Assembly: GCA_964016885.1 (NCBI GenBank)
Contig: OZ024749.1
Coordinates: 32,612,001-32,676,000, forward strand
DNA length: 64,000 bases
From: Eledone cirrhosa
Lineage: Eukaryota
Direction of reading: 5' to 3'
In this document: positions 12,193 to 25,102 of the stretch, in pieces
Layout: every line of letters starts with the position of its first letter
How positions within the stretch are numbered: position 1 is the stretch's first letter
Translations under genes and position numbers: made by a program
Notes under the pieces: generated by a model
What the model saw: only the letters and a program-made list of their open reading frames with translations
What the model was told of the DNA's origin: nothing
Database searches by the model: none

Positions 12193-13269
12193 GGCAACTC
12201 ACATACACACACAAACGCACATCCACATAGACATACACACTCATACACATAGACATACACACTCATACACACATATATTACACCTAATCAACTGAAACAA
12301 CAGGAAACAGTTACATTTTCAATTGTTTTTAAGTAAAATTAAGAAAATATAAAAACTCGTCTTTTTTATTTACAATAACTAAATAAATAATAAAATAATG
12401 AAATAATGAAATAAATGAAATAAATGCTGATTTCTGAAATAACATACAATATCGTTACCTCTTAATTAAATTTGTTCATTATACTCTCATCTAACTTAAT
12501 TACATAATTAAACACCACCCTATCTCGTTTATATACACATACACCCCGCCAACACCTAATTCCACCCAACTATCAGTACCACCCCCCACCACCCACTACC
12601 ACTACTATCACCACTATCACCACTATCACAATCATTAGTATCATCACCGCCATCACCACCACCACCACTACCACCATCACCATGTCGACCACAATCACCA
12701 CCACCGCCACCACCGCCGCCACCACCACCACCACCACCACTACCACCATCACCATGTCGACCACCAACACCACCACCACCAACACCACGACCACCACCAC
12801 CGCCACCACCACCACCACCACTACCACCATCACCATGTCCACCACAACCACCACCACCAATAAACAATGAATGAATATTACATAATTTAAGTACTAAATT
12901 TCGTAACTCTTGATTAAATATAAATAATTTTATTGCTTATTTTAAGATTCACTTCTTTAAAATTTTCAAATGTCAACACTTCCGGTTAGCAGCCGTTATA
13001 TTATAACATTTATTACATCGCTTATATAAACATTCATATATTTCCGTCGCTAATTTTCTCCTAATGCAGTTTATATATAATATCGTCTTTTTTTTTTACT
13101 GTATCATGGATTACTTTACTGATTACAGAAGAGTGTGTAACGCAGACTTCATTTAATTTCTGTGCTTATTGTCAATTACGATTTCATTTAATGTATCATA
13201 TCTATATGTATATATATTTGCGTATAATATCAATATGCACACTACACATGCTAGCAGAAAACCACCCAA

Positions 13270-13500
13270 ATTTCTTGTTAATTTTCTGCACCTTTCGTAC
13301 AAATTTAGGTGTTCTGATTGGACAAGTGTTTTACGTTTAGCCACTACTGTAGAATCCCTGTCAGCGGCTTCCAGCTTTTTGCGATCTTTGATAACAAACG
13401 GCCGAGCAACTTTCAGGACGCAAGCAATCTCCAAATCACTCTACTCGGCTTTTAAGGCAATGATTACAGTGTGCCTTTCCATTTGTTGAGTTATCGCCTG
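13270..13500 (-). pseudogene. Tc1/mariner-superfamily transposase N-terminal (HTH) remnant
   Basis: QQMERHTVIIALKAE*SDLEIACVLKVARPFVIKDRKKLE...AKRK, then a frameshift into IRTPKFVRKVQKI. Pattern recalled from Tc1/mariner (DD37D-like) transposases; contains a stop and a frameshift. Confidence 0.6.
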
Positions 13501-13630
13501 TCGTCATTTGTGTGTGTGCATATGTATGTATGTATATATGTGTATGCATATATGTATATGTATATATGTGTGTGAATGTATTTACATGTGTATGTATATA
13601 TGTATATATATGTATGTATATATATGTCTG

Positions 13631-13661
<31 letters not shown>

Positions 13662-14161
13662 ATGTATATATATATATATATGTATGTATGTATGTGTATG
13701 TTAAAATAATTAGATGTAGGAAAAAATGTTCCTTCCTTTTCCTACTGATATTTGCCAACAAATTTCCAAATGCAAAAATCTATAAAGTATGGTTCGATGA
13801 ATAGATCTATATTCCATCCAAGAAACAATATCGACCTACTAAACTAGACATTGGTGCTATGGAAATAATGTCAGCCATTTTTGTTGGTGGTGCTTAGTTT
13901 TATTTTGTTGTTGAGGGACGATTTTTTTTTGTGTGTTTTTTTTTGTTTGTTTTTTTTTCGAAAACAAAATAGTTTAAACAAAAAATTATATGAAAGAAAT
14001 TATTTTAAAAAATCCCACTAAAATCACCATAAGAAAAGAAAATGTCAGATTCGATATTGATTTTGTGGTAAACCAAGCGGAAAACAAGAGAAAAGAGACT
14101 TCTTATCTTTGTGTTTGTAATTTTTTATTTCCTAATTTCTATGTACAAATCTACTCGACAT

Positions 14162-14194
<33 letters not shown>

Positions 14195-14216
14195 ACTCTG
14201 TATATTTGTATATAAG

Positions 14217-14297
<81 letters not shown>

Positions 14298-14302
14298 ATA
14301 TA

Positions 14303-14357
<55 letters not shown>

Positions 14358-14426
14358 ATATATATATGTATATATATATATATATATACACACGCACATA
14401 TATATATATATATACATATATATATG

Positions 14427-14526
<100 letters not shown>

Positions 14527-14576
14527 CACACGCACATATATATATATATATACATATATATATATGTATATATGTA

Positions 14577-14660
<84 letters not shown>

Positions 14661-14685
14661 TATATATATACGTATATATGTGTTT

Positions 14686-14884
14686 ATAACAAAGGAATTG
14701 TGGTAAGGAACCAAATGGACCATAACGCACCAGAGTACTCAATATTTAGGGTAGTAGAGTGGGAAATAGGAAAAAGTATGACCCCGACGGCAGAGCTCAA
14801 GCCATTTCGATGGCTATTTCTGGAGTCCAGAAATAGCCGTCGAAACGGCTCGAGCTCTGCCGTCGGGGTCATACTTTTTCCTAT
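14686..14884 (-). mobile_element. tRNA(Trp)-like fold-back element in (TA)n
   Basis: 59-bp arms 14766-14824 / 14826-14884, with GACTCCAGA at the apex and ...CGTCGGGGTCA-tac-TTTTT at the arm ends. The tail is shared with 24908-25052 and 56470-56557. Confidence 0.65.
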
Positions 14885-14889
14885 ATGTT

Positions 14890-14922
<33 letters not shown>

Positions 14923-14923
14923 G

Positions 14924-14968
<45 letters not shown>

Positions 14969-15111
14969 ATGTATATATATATATGTATATATATACTATA
15001 TAAACATATATATATATAATATATATAAATGTATATATATATATATACATACATACATATATATATATGTATGTATATATATATATATACATACATACAT
15101 ATATATATATG

Positions 15112-15188
<77 letters not shown>

Positions 15189-16243
15189 TCATACATGTAT
15201 ATGATATGTGTGTCTGTACGTATGTGTACGCATGTGTGTGTGTGTGCGCGCGCGCGTATGTTTTAGCTGGGTGTTTTTTGTTTATGTTGTGTCCGTGTGT
15301 GTGCGTGCTTGTTAAGCGTGATGGAATCAGTTAATCTGGTCGAATTTTTGAATATAATAGAAAAAACCAATGATGTTTGCTGTCCTCCTGTTTAGCTATT
15401 TAAGAAACAGTCATAGAAAATTAGAGAAACACAGATATAAAACAGATTTAAAAACCGATATTAACATATTCAGCAGTAATTTTGCTGATCGCCATTTTTA
15501 TTTTAATGGAAAATGTCGACAGTAATATTTTAAACGAGGGGTTTTTTTTAATGTTTTTTTTTTTTTCTTACGTTAAATGTCTAATGTACCGGTTTAAGTT
15601 ACAACTAGTTACATAACTGTTGCAAATAACTGCTGTGATTTATTCTACAGTAGAAGATTCTGATCTATTCAGTTACGGTGTCTTAACTCGCGATGGAGAC
15701 CTAGTTGGAGGACTGGCAGGGAAGAGAGTGAGGGGGAGGAGATGACGCTCTGGCATACTGATATCTCCTTGTCTTGGGACCTTTTAGGATAAGGAAATTG
15801 GTGGTGGTGGTGGTGGTGGTGGTGGGTGATTTAAGTTATTGTCAGGGCACGTCAGACCAGGAATGTGTGGCGGTAGATGTGTCGGTTGACAAGGATATAT
15901 ATGAAAGTAAGAAGAGGAGAGGTAGAAGAATGAGGAGGGAAAGGAGGGAGGAGGTGTGGGTGGGGAGGAGGGGGAGGTGGCAGAAGATGAAGAAAGTGTC
16001 GTAGATCAATGTGTGGTGAGAATGAGGCGGGAATTATCATAAAGCGCGTGACATTTCTCAATACAAAACAACATGGACGCGGGGAAAAGTCAATCGACAT
16101 ACGACCGCCACCCTACCCCACCGCCGACAGTCGGTTGACTAACCAATATTCCAATTATTCGATCAACACAAATGCCTGCCCGTGAAAGTAACACGTGACA
16201 GTAGCTGAACAATGTACAGTGTAGTTTGAACGTTGCTCTCAGG

Positions 16244-16430
16244 CAGTGTCGGATTTAGGACAAATGAGGCCCTGTGCTAGTTAAGTTATGAGGCCCCTTA
16301 TATTTGAAAAATTCATCACAAATTTTTTTGGTAGGGGTCAGAAAGATAGGGGTCAGAAAGATAGGGTCCTCCCTGGACAACGAGGCCCTGTGCTTAAGCA
16401 CACCTCAGCACAATGGTAAATCCGGCATTG
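16244..16430. mobile_element. hAT-type MITE
   Basis: TIR cagtgtcggattta / taaatccggcattg; 8-bp TSD ctctcagg / ccctcagg. Confidence 0.8.
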
Positions 16431-16531
16431 CCCTCAGGGAGATTCAGCGTTGGTACAGTGTGCCTTTGTAAATTTTTATTCACAGTTGTATAAATAACAT
16501 TACAAATTGTTCACAATTATTTTAGAATGAT

Positions 16532-16989
16532 AGGGCGGTGGATTGGCAGTATCGGTAGAGGGTCTGACGCCATGCTTTGCAGCATAGAGTTACGGCCCTT
16601 TTCGGTCTGAGTTCAAATCCCGCCGGGGTTAACTTTGCCTTTCGTCCTTTCGGGATCGATAATATAAAGTACCAGTAATGCACTGGGATAATTGCTGGCC
16701 TTATGCCAAATGTAGAAACAACTATTTTAGATTGAAAGTATATACACAAATATAAACACATATAACAAATACAATTAACTATTGCTAGGAACCTCACAAA
16801 TATAACTGTTTCTACTTTAGGCACAAGGCCAGCAATTATCCAGTGCATTACTGGTACTTTATTTTATCGACCCCGTAAGGATGAAAGGCAAAGTCAACCT
16901 CGGCGGGATTTGAACTCAGATCGTAAAGGGACGTAACTATGCTGGAAAGCATGGCGTCCGACCCTCTACCGATACTGCCAATCCACCGC
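16532..16989. mobile_element. Tail-to-tail inverted SINE pair (+ 16532-16720; - 16806-16989)
   Basis: Both are full-length family copies; the second has TSD cacaaatataac. Confidence 0.9.
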
Positions 16990-17404
16990 ACAAATATAAC
17001 ACACCAAAATATATGAATAGAGCGAGATAAGAAAAAAAAAGTGAAACAAAAACAAAAACGAGCATCAATTCACCACCAAGTGTGACAATCGGCTTCACAT
17101 CACATCACAAGAGTCAATGGAATATTTTGAGGCAAACCAATACGTTCGCAGCATTACCATGAGTGATGGCGAGGCTAAAGTGCTGAAACAACCAAGCACG
17201 TTCATGGGCATCACCTGTGTGTCTTTTGAATTACAGGTACAACTCATTTTTCCAGATGAGGGAACTGGACTGAAATGGAACAACATGAAATAATAATTGT
17301 TTCTATTTTTGGCACAAGGCCAGCAATTATCTCAGTATATTACTGGTGGTAGGCCACAGAACTCCACAGGGATTCGAACACAACCTACGATCCTCAGCCG
17401 GATC

Positions 17405-17419
17405 TACTACTACTACTAT

Positions 17420-17494
<75 letters not shown>

Positions 17495-17569
17495 CATCAT
17501 CACCAACACCACTACCACCACTGCTACTATTACCACTACAACGGCCACCACACCACTGCTACCACCACC

Positions 17570-17613
<44 letters not shown>

Positions 17614-17725
17614 CACTACCACCACTACCACCACTACCACTACTACTACTACTACTACTACCACCATCACCAACACCACTACCACCACTACTACTACTAC
17701 CACTACAACGGTCACCACACCACCG

Positions 17726-17762
<37 letters not shown>

Positions 17763-17820
17763 CACGACCATCACCAACACCACCAACACCACTACTACTA
17801 CTACCACTACCATGGCCACC

Positions 17821-17880
<60 letters not shown>
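17405..17880. repeat. (ACT)n/(ACC)n trinucleotide array
   Basis: Seen directly. Similar arrays lie at 12580-12860 and 40283-40592. Confidence 0.92.
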
Positions 17881-17881
<1 letters not shown>

Positions 17882-18152
17882 GAGCCAATGATATGTTCAC
17901 GTTACTCTTCGTTAGACTTACAGTGGTTGGTTATTAAATCTCTAAGCATAAAAGATGAATTACATGAAATTTCTGGCCGGAATCCAGCAGGTTATGATGG
18001 CGGCTGTTACCGAGTCTAGTTTTGGCGGCATACCAACAGCAACCATGCCGTGGCAATGATTATTATTAACACTGTTCTCAGATTAGCTATTAGACTTTCA
18101 AAGCCAGGATCAAAGTGGGAAGTAAGCTTAATAATAATAGTGATTATTATTA

Positions 18153-18372
18153 AGGGCGGTGGATTGGCAGTATCGGTAGAGCGTCGGACAAAAGCTTTAT
18201 GGCAAAGAGTTACGGCCCTTAACGATCTGAGTTCAAATCCTGCCGAGATTAGTTTTGCCTTTCATCCTTACGGGGTCGATAAAATCAAGTTCCAGTCGCG
18301 CACTGGGGTCGATTTAATCGATTTTCCCCTTCCCCAAAAATTGTTGGCCTGTGCCTAAATCAGAAACCAATA
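18153..18372 (+). mobile_element. SINE (dominant family)
   Basis: Full head, B box and core. Confidence 0.88.
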
Positions 18373-18379
18373 ATAATAT

Positions 18380-19500
18380 TATTTCTTTATTTACATTAAG
18401 AAAACATTAAGGACGGCACAGGACGATGCAGGACGATGTAATATGTGTTGGGGTGGGGGAGGGGTAGTAAAAATATAACCAAACAAAAACATGTAAAATT
18501 TAAAAAAAAAAAAAAACATTTCTTAACGGTGGTGGGGGTAGATTTTCAAGGGTCTCTCGTGAAGGAAGCCCACACAGTGCCACAGTCACCCTGACCTCCA
18601 GTGCTTTCAGACGTGGACAGGTGAATGGCATGAGAGTCAGGTGGTAGTAGATGACGAAAGTGATGTATATATTCGCCACATCTACTCAACCTTTCAGGGA
18701 TAGTTTCCTCCCTGCCCATTTCTGGGTGAAAGTCACCAACCACACTGCTCGGTACTTCGTCCTAGTTTTTGTGTCTATCTGGAGATCTAGACCCAACCAG
18801 ACCCCCAAGCAACTTAACCAGCCCATCCGTCCAGCCCAGCGCTCGATAACGCTGTTGAACACTATGGACCTGTCTTTCCAGGTACCGAGCCGCAGGCTCA
18901 CTGATGCTTCCTGGTTAATTTTCGCTCCTGTCACCGCCTCGTTTTCCTTTAAAGCAGTGCTTGGTGCTCGACTCCACTTCGGTGACGCCGTTGGCATATA
19001 CCGACATGGATCTCCCACACCCAAGTTTGCGTGGGATGCAGCTCAGCACCTCCAGCTTATACAGTAATGGCTCAAGAATCAGTGCATTTAAGAGAAATGA
19101 GAGTCTGCATCATTGATAAACCTAGTGCATGATACTGGACAGTTCTGATAAGTAGCCATTTCCTATGATCACCGTGTAGATGTCACTGTACAATGCAGCA
19201 ATCCATGCCCGAAGACGGCCGAAATCGGCTGCCTTGGGGATAGTCACCTGCTAGCGATAGTTGACCCTATTGAAAGCATTCGATTGATCCAAGTTGATAA
19301 AGAACCTACCCTCGCCAAGTTTCTTATTTGCACTCTCTATGGTTTATCGCATGAGGCGGAAGTTGTGGATGAATCTGCTTGGGATAGCGTGCGTCTGTGC
19401 TTCTTCAACCAGACCCCTTATGACAAGTGCCACCCTTCTTACAAAAACCTTGGCGAAAATCTTTAACTCTGTGTTAATTCTCGTGTTCTCACTCACATTT
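18380..19500 (-). mobile_element. Tx1/L1-clade LINE, internally deleted RT remnant
   Basis: Minus-strand motifs FINLDQSNAFNRV (cf. LDQEKAFDRV), SVYANGVT (decayed YADD) and VTGAKINQ. The 3'UTR is related to 2190-2400. Confidence 0.78.
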
Positions 19501-19719
19501 TTACTTTATCTCGAGTGAAAACTTTAAAAAAATACCCAATCAATGAGGGACTGTTTGACTTGCTAGGAATAGTAGTAAAATCTCCCTCAAATCATATCAC
19601 ATGATCTTAAAAGAAAAAAGAAAATCACAGTTGCACTGTTCCTATGTAAAACCCGGATGATTATGACTAGGAGTGTCCGATAATGGTTGACCTGGTCCTC
19701 AGAAACAACACCTAAGTCT

Positions 19720-20110
19720 TTTCTTCTCTTCTTCTTCGCCCACTTATCCCTGAGAGAGTCGTGGGGCAGAGTCCTCAAACACTCCTTCCATAGGGTCCTG
19801 TCAGAAGCAACCGTTTCCAACTGATCCGGCTGGATCCCCAAGCAAGACCAGCCAAGCTCATGGATGTTATCCAACCATCTTGCTCGGGGTCTACCCCTGG
19901 GTCTCTTGACGGTTGGTTTTACCCGTAAAATCAGTCCAATGATTGTTTCCTGAGACATTCTAATCACATGTCCATAGTATCGGAGCTGTGATCTCTCAAT
20001 TCGAAGAAGTAGTGTCTCTACCTGGAGTGACTCTCTGATCTCCGAGCTATGCACTTTATCGACTAACGTTACTCCAAAGACCCTTCGGAGGAATCCCATT
20101 TTGGCCGCTT
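19720..20110 (-). mobile_element. RTE-clade LINE 3' fragment
   Basis: MGFLRRVFGVT...RSQLRYYGHVIRM...KRPRGRPRARW, with an (AAG)-rich tail. Confidence 0.85.
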
Positions 20111-20679
20111 GTATACTACACCTAAGTCTTCCATTATAATTCCATCCACGAGTATGATCCTTTATAGGAATATTAAATTGACCCTAATGCTTGACGGAAG
20201 AGAAAAGAAAAGCAAAATTTCCCTGAGCAGGATTTTGAACTCAAAAAGTAAAAGGCCATCATTAGATACCACAGACATAGTGTCCGATTTATAATCTACA
20301 TTTTAGTTTTATCGGTTGTGGAAAAAAATTAATGAAAAATTCTAAATGTTATCGATTTTATGCCAGACGGACGAAAAAATAATCAATTTAGATTATTGAT
20401 CAAGGTGCAAAGGAGAGGAATTCTACTTTTTTTTCTTTTTAACAAAAATAAATCTAGACACCCAAACATATTCGAAATTATACGTTGAAATTATTATTTA
20501 ATAAAACATTCTAATTTGATTATCAAACCAATAGATCGAAATTTGTTCCCAAGAATTTATTTCTGCCTGCGAAGACATTTAATTGAACGGCTTGTATCAT
20601 AGACCAAGATATATCCGTGTGTGTATTCGTGTGTGTGTGTGTGAGAGAGTGTGCGTGGGTGTATGTATGTGTGTGTATG

Positions 20680-20710
<31 letters not shown>

Positions 20711-21158
20711 GTGTATATGTGTGTGTGTGTTTATGAATGTGTATGTGTGCGTATTCGTGTGTGCGTGTGTGTTTTTTAGGTATTTGTGTATGTGTTTATG
20801 TGTGTGTATGTATGTGTATGCGTGTGTGTATTTGTGGGTGTGTGTGTGTGTGTTTGTGTATGTGTATGTGTGCGAGTTAGAACTCAGTCGGTTCCAGCAG
20901 CGTATGTTCCTCTTATAGTGAGATTGAGAGTTATATAATTAACGCCTCATTATAAATCTGGAGTCTGAAACAATTTCATGATAAACATCCTTAGATAAAA
21001 CTGTGATGGAAAGTATTTAAATAAATATAAACACTGTAAAATAAACAGCTTAGTAACTTAAATAAATCAAGGAGCGGTTTCAGGTAGTTTGCTATCAAAA
21101 GGGTTAATCAAACAAATAGTTATAATGTCGAAATACCAAAGATCCCAGAGATTATAAT

Positions 21159-21789
21159 GATTTCTACAATAGGCATAATACCAGTAATTGGGGGGGGGGG
21201 AGTGAAAAGTCGATTAAATCGACCCAGTACATTACTGGTATTTTATTTTATCGACCCCGTAAGAATGAAAGGCAAAGCTAACCTCAGCTGGATTTGAACT
21301 CAGAATGTAAAGGGCCGTAACTATAAAACGCAAAGCATGTCGTCCGACGCTCTACCGATTACTGCCAAATGATTTCTACTATAGGCACAAGGCCAGCAAT
21401 TTGGGGGGAGGGAAAAATCGATTAAATTGACCCCAGTGCATGACTGGTACTTTATTTTATCGACCCCGTAAGGATGAAAGCAAAGCTAACCTCAGCAGGA
21501 TTTGAACTCAAAATGTAAAGGGCCGTGACTCTATGTCGTGAGGCAGGGTGCCGACGCTCTACCGATTACTGCCAAATGATTTCTACTATAGGCACAATGC
21601 CAGCAATTTGGGGGTAGGAGAAAATCAATTAAATCGACCGCATGACTGGTATTTTATTTTATCGACCCCGTAAGGATGAAAGGCAAAGCTAACCTCAGCA
21701 GGATTTGAACTCAGAATGTAAAGGGCCGTGACTCTATGTCCTGAAGCAGGGTGTCCGATGCTCTATCGATACTGTCAATCCACCGCCCT
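21159..21789 (-). mobile_element. Three head-to-tail SINE copies
   Basis: Units of ~210 bp joined by an identical gattactgccaaatgatttctactatagg junction, which points to local tandem amplification. Confidence 0.88.
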
Positions 21790-22703
21790 ACCATAGATTA
21801 TAATGAAATCTATTACTTTGTAACTTAAAGACAAGAATGTTTCAGCTTTGCTTTTGAAGACTAGATAGATGTTAGATATATCATTCAATGCTGGATTTCT
21901 AAAAGCTGGATATTTTTCATTATCTATATATAAAAAATTTATAAAATTCCTAAACAGATAGTTTAATAAATCTGGATATCAAATTACTATCTTTGTAAAT
22001 GACTTAACTGGAGCTTCATCTGGCATTGTGAATGACTTATCTAGAGTTTCACCTGGCATCACATCAAAATGAGTTTCTCATATTCATAGCTGATAATTTG
22101 TAAATATCAAAACCTTTTTTGAAACTGATCCAAAAGAGTGAAACTGTCTGGAACATACTCCACCGTCAATTCTTCTTTCTCTTCTGTTAGGAAATATTCC
22201 ATACACTTTTATCGGAACACTGATTCACATTTCCCTGTATTGGCAATGGAGTTAATAAACTGATTTAACCGTTGCAAATTCAAACTTTGATAGCTTAAGT
22301 GGCCAGTTATATCGATCAAAACTATCAAATTGCGCCACTATTTTTGTTCTCGTTTAGTCTTTAATCATTCTGACATCAAACCGCCTGCAAACGGCTTTGG
22401 TTATTCATTACAAAGCTCGATATTCTAAACTGTTGGTGTTCATATTAAAAACCTTCCATTGCAATTTTATGTAAGAACCTTTATTAAGTTATGTTTCAAA
22501 CATCAGCCTTAATTATTTCAGAATGATTTGAAAACTAAATGTTCTTTCATTAGAAATATAATAGTGGAAAGGTTAACAGCCATAAAAAGCTTCAACTTTA
22601 TCATAGAGCTGAGAGTGACGCGAAAAGATGGAATTTTACCAGCGAATGGCTCAATAAATCACTATTAATCACCATATTGAGTCTCGTAATCCTGCAAAAT
22701 TTT

Positions 22704-22798
<95 letters not shown>

Positions 22799-22836
22799 AT
22801 TAAATAAATGGAAAACTATATTTATAAAACCATATT

Positions 22837-22902
22837 TATTTCATTATATATATTTCGGGGATATCATATTAACAATATGCTATGCCTTCATCAGACAAAA
22901 TA
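22837..22902 (-). ncRNA. Hammerhead ribozyme motif (mirror copy)
   Basis: Reverse complement of 23059-23124. Confidence 0.68.
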
Positions 22903-23058
22903 CAATATAAACAGTTTTATAGATAAATATATTCGACATACCGTAATAAACATCAACTTCATTTGAAGAGGTTCACTCTAGCAGTAGAACCTCTTCAAAT
23001 GAAGTTGATGTTTATTATGGTATGTCGAATATATTTATCTATAAAACTGTTTATATTG

Positions 23059-23124
23059 TATTTTGTCTGATGAAGGCATAGCATATTGTTAATATGATAT
23101 CCCCGAAATATATATAATGAAATA
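23059..23124 (+). ncRNA. Minimal type I hammerhead ribozyme motif
   Basis: tattttgt-CTGATGA-a-gg...catattgttaatatg...cc-GAAA-tatata-TA-atgaaata, giving an 8-bp stem I and a palindromic ATATATAT stem III. Confidence 0.7.
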
Positions 23125-23252
23125 AATATGGTTTTATAAATATAGTTTTCCATTTATTTAATATTGTAAATATACTCCAAGTATTTGTCGAGTGCTTTTA
23201 TATCAGTTATAAATATTTACTAGTTGTAACCCAACAATTTTAAATATAACTT

Positions 23253-23349
<97 letters not shown>

Positions 23350-23670
23350 ACCACATGTTAAGTTGTTATCTTAGAAATAAAATATTCGATCCTCTTAGTA
23401 AATCCCTCAATATTTAATTGAAATAGTGTGTATTACATCAGATGTACTTTCAAGAATATTATGTGTGTGTGTGTGTTTTGAATACTTTCAAGAAAGTGTT
23501 CAAAACACACACACACACACACACACACACATAATATATATATATTAATTTATTAAATATTTAAATAAATATTTGCTCTAGGGTTCTTATATATTTGATA
23601 TATATTTATCCTTATCGAGTCCTCTTTGGATTTTAGTCTTCACATTTATTATTATTACTATGTATATATG

Positions 23671-23752
<82 letters not shown>

Positions 23753-23754
23753 TA

Positions 23755-23788
<34 letters not shown>

Positions 23789-23994
23789 CGCGTGTGTGTG
23801 TGTGTGAGTGTGTATGTGTGCGTGTGTGTGTATTATGTATATGTATGTATAAAGCAAATCAATGACGTTTTATTGTGTATCGACCTGTTACATGGGTTTC
23901 ACAGAGGATTGGCTCGAAGATGAGTAGATCGATAATGGAATCGGATCCATAATTTCTATTCGTGACCTTCAGCCAATCCTCTACGAAACGTGTG

Positions 23995-24031
<37 letters not shown>

Positions 24032-24179
24032 ACATGTCCCTGAGAACTACGTTAAGGGTACGCGTATCTGTGGAATGGTTACCCATTTGCACGTTAATTT
24101 CATGAGCAGGGTGTTCCATTGATCGGATCAAATGGAACACTCGTCGTCGTAACCGACGGAGTGTCAGTACTATATACAT

Positions 24180-24245
<66 letters not shown>

Positions 24246-24310
24246 CGTTTACGACATGAAGCTAAGGGAAGACTCATAGCAGAGCAACTTGAAATAAGCG
24301 TTATAAATAA

Positions 24311-24491
24311 TTGTTTCTACTTTTGGCACAAGGCCAGCAATTACCCAGTGCATTACTGGTACTTTATTTTATCGACCCCGTATGGATGAAAGGCAAAGTT
24401 AACCTCGGTGGGATTTGAACTCAGAATGGCAAGGGCCGTAACTCTAGGCGTCAAAGCATGGCGTCCGACCCTCTACTTATACTGCCAATCC
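24311..24491 (-). mobile_element. SINE (dominant family)
   Basis: Core and B box on the minus strand. Confidence 0.85.
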
Positions 24492-24907
24492 TTACTTTCA
24501 AAGAAGCTACTTGAAGATTCCAAATTTCTTGGATATTGTCCATTCTATATGAGAGAATGGCCTATATTTTCTTATCGGATGAAACTGCAGTAATGGCGAG
24601 ATTAACGGTAGAGCAAGCGCTCATATTAGGTTGCTTTGCTTGGAATTTCCACTAATTTTTTTAAAGTACGTCTAAGATTATGTGTATAATTCTCTGAGTG
24701 GTATTTTTAGCCATAATTTATTTAGATTCTCTGTACATCAGTGACACAAATAACCCTCTGTTTTATATATATATATATAAGTGATAATAATAGTATTAAG
24801 TTGAGTATTGAAACTTTACCGGATGGTTAGAAGCTCAATGCAATGGGGGTACACGCAGAGCTGTTATATATTTGGTGTGTTTTTTTTATAAATAGTATAT
24901 ATATATA

Positions 24908-25052
24908 TAACAAAGGAATACTCAATACTTAGGGTAGTAGAGTGGAAAATAGGAAAAAGTATGACCCCGACGGCAGAGCTCGAGCCGTTTCGACAGCTAT
25001 TTCTGAGTCCAGAAATAGCCGTCGAAACGGCACGAGCTCTGCCGTCGGGGTC
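24908..25052 (-). mobile_element. tRNA(Trp)-like fold-back element, second copy
   Basis: Arms ~24963-25005 / 25010-25052 with the same apex as 14825; flanked by (TA)n. Confidence 0.65.
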
Positions 25053-25064
25053 TTGAACATTTTC

Positions 25065-25096
<32 letters not shown>

Positions 25097-25102
<6 letters not shown>

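Larger units (their letters stand above)
22793..23255. mobile_element. Fold-back Penelope-like element in (TA)n with hammerheads on both strands
   Basis: 182-bp arms 22793-22974 / 22987-23168 (one mismatch seen), a 12-nt loop, an ~87-nt unpaired tail and (TA)n on both sides. Confidence 0.8.

Noticed and set aside
13153-13434. 93-aa ORF with a hydrophobic stretch (type II membrane protein?)
   Set aside because: Better explained as a frameshifted Tc1/mariner transposase remnant reading into flanking DNA.
15651-15745. Plus-strand exon candidate (EDSDLFSYGVLTRDGDLVGGLAGKR)
   Set aside because: Isolated, no partner exons, and no recognisable family.
23360-23450. CTGATGT...GAAT hammerhead-like trace on the minus strand
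   Set aside because: Two core mismatches and no clear stems.
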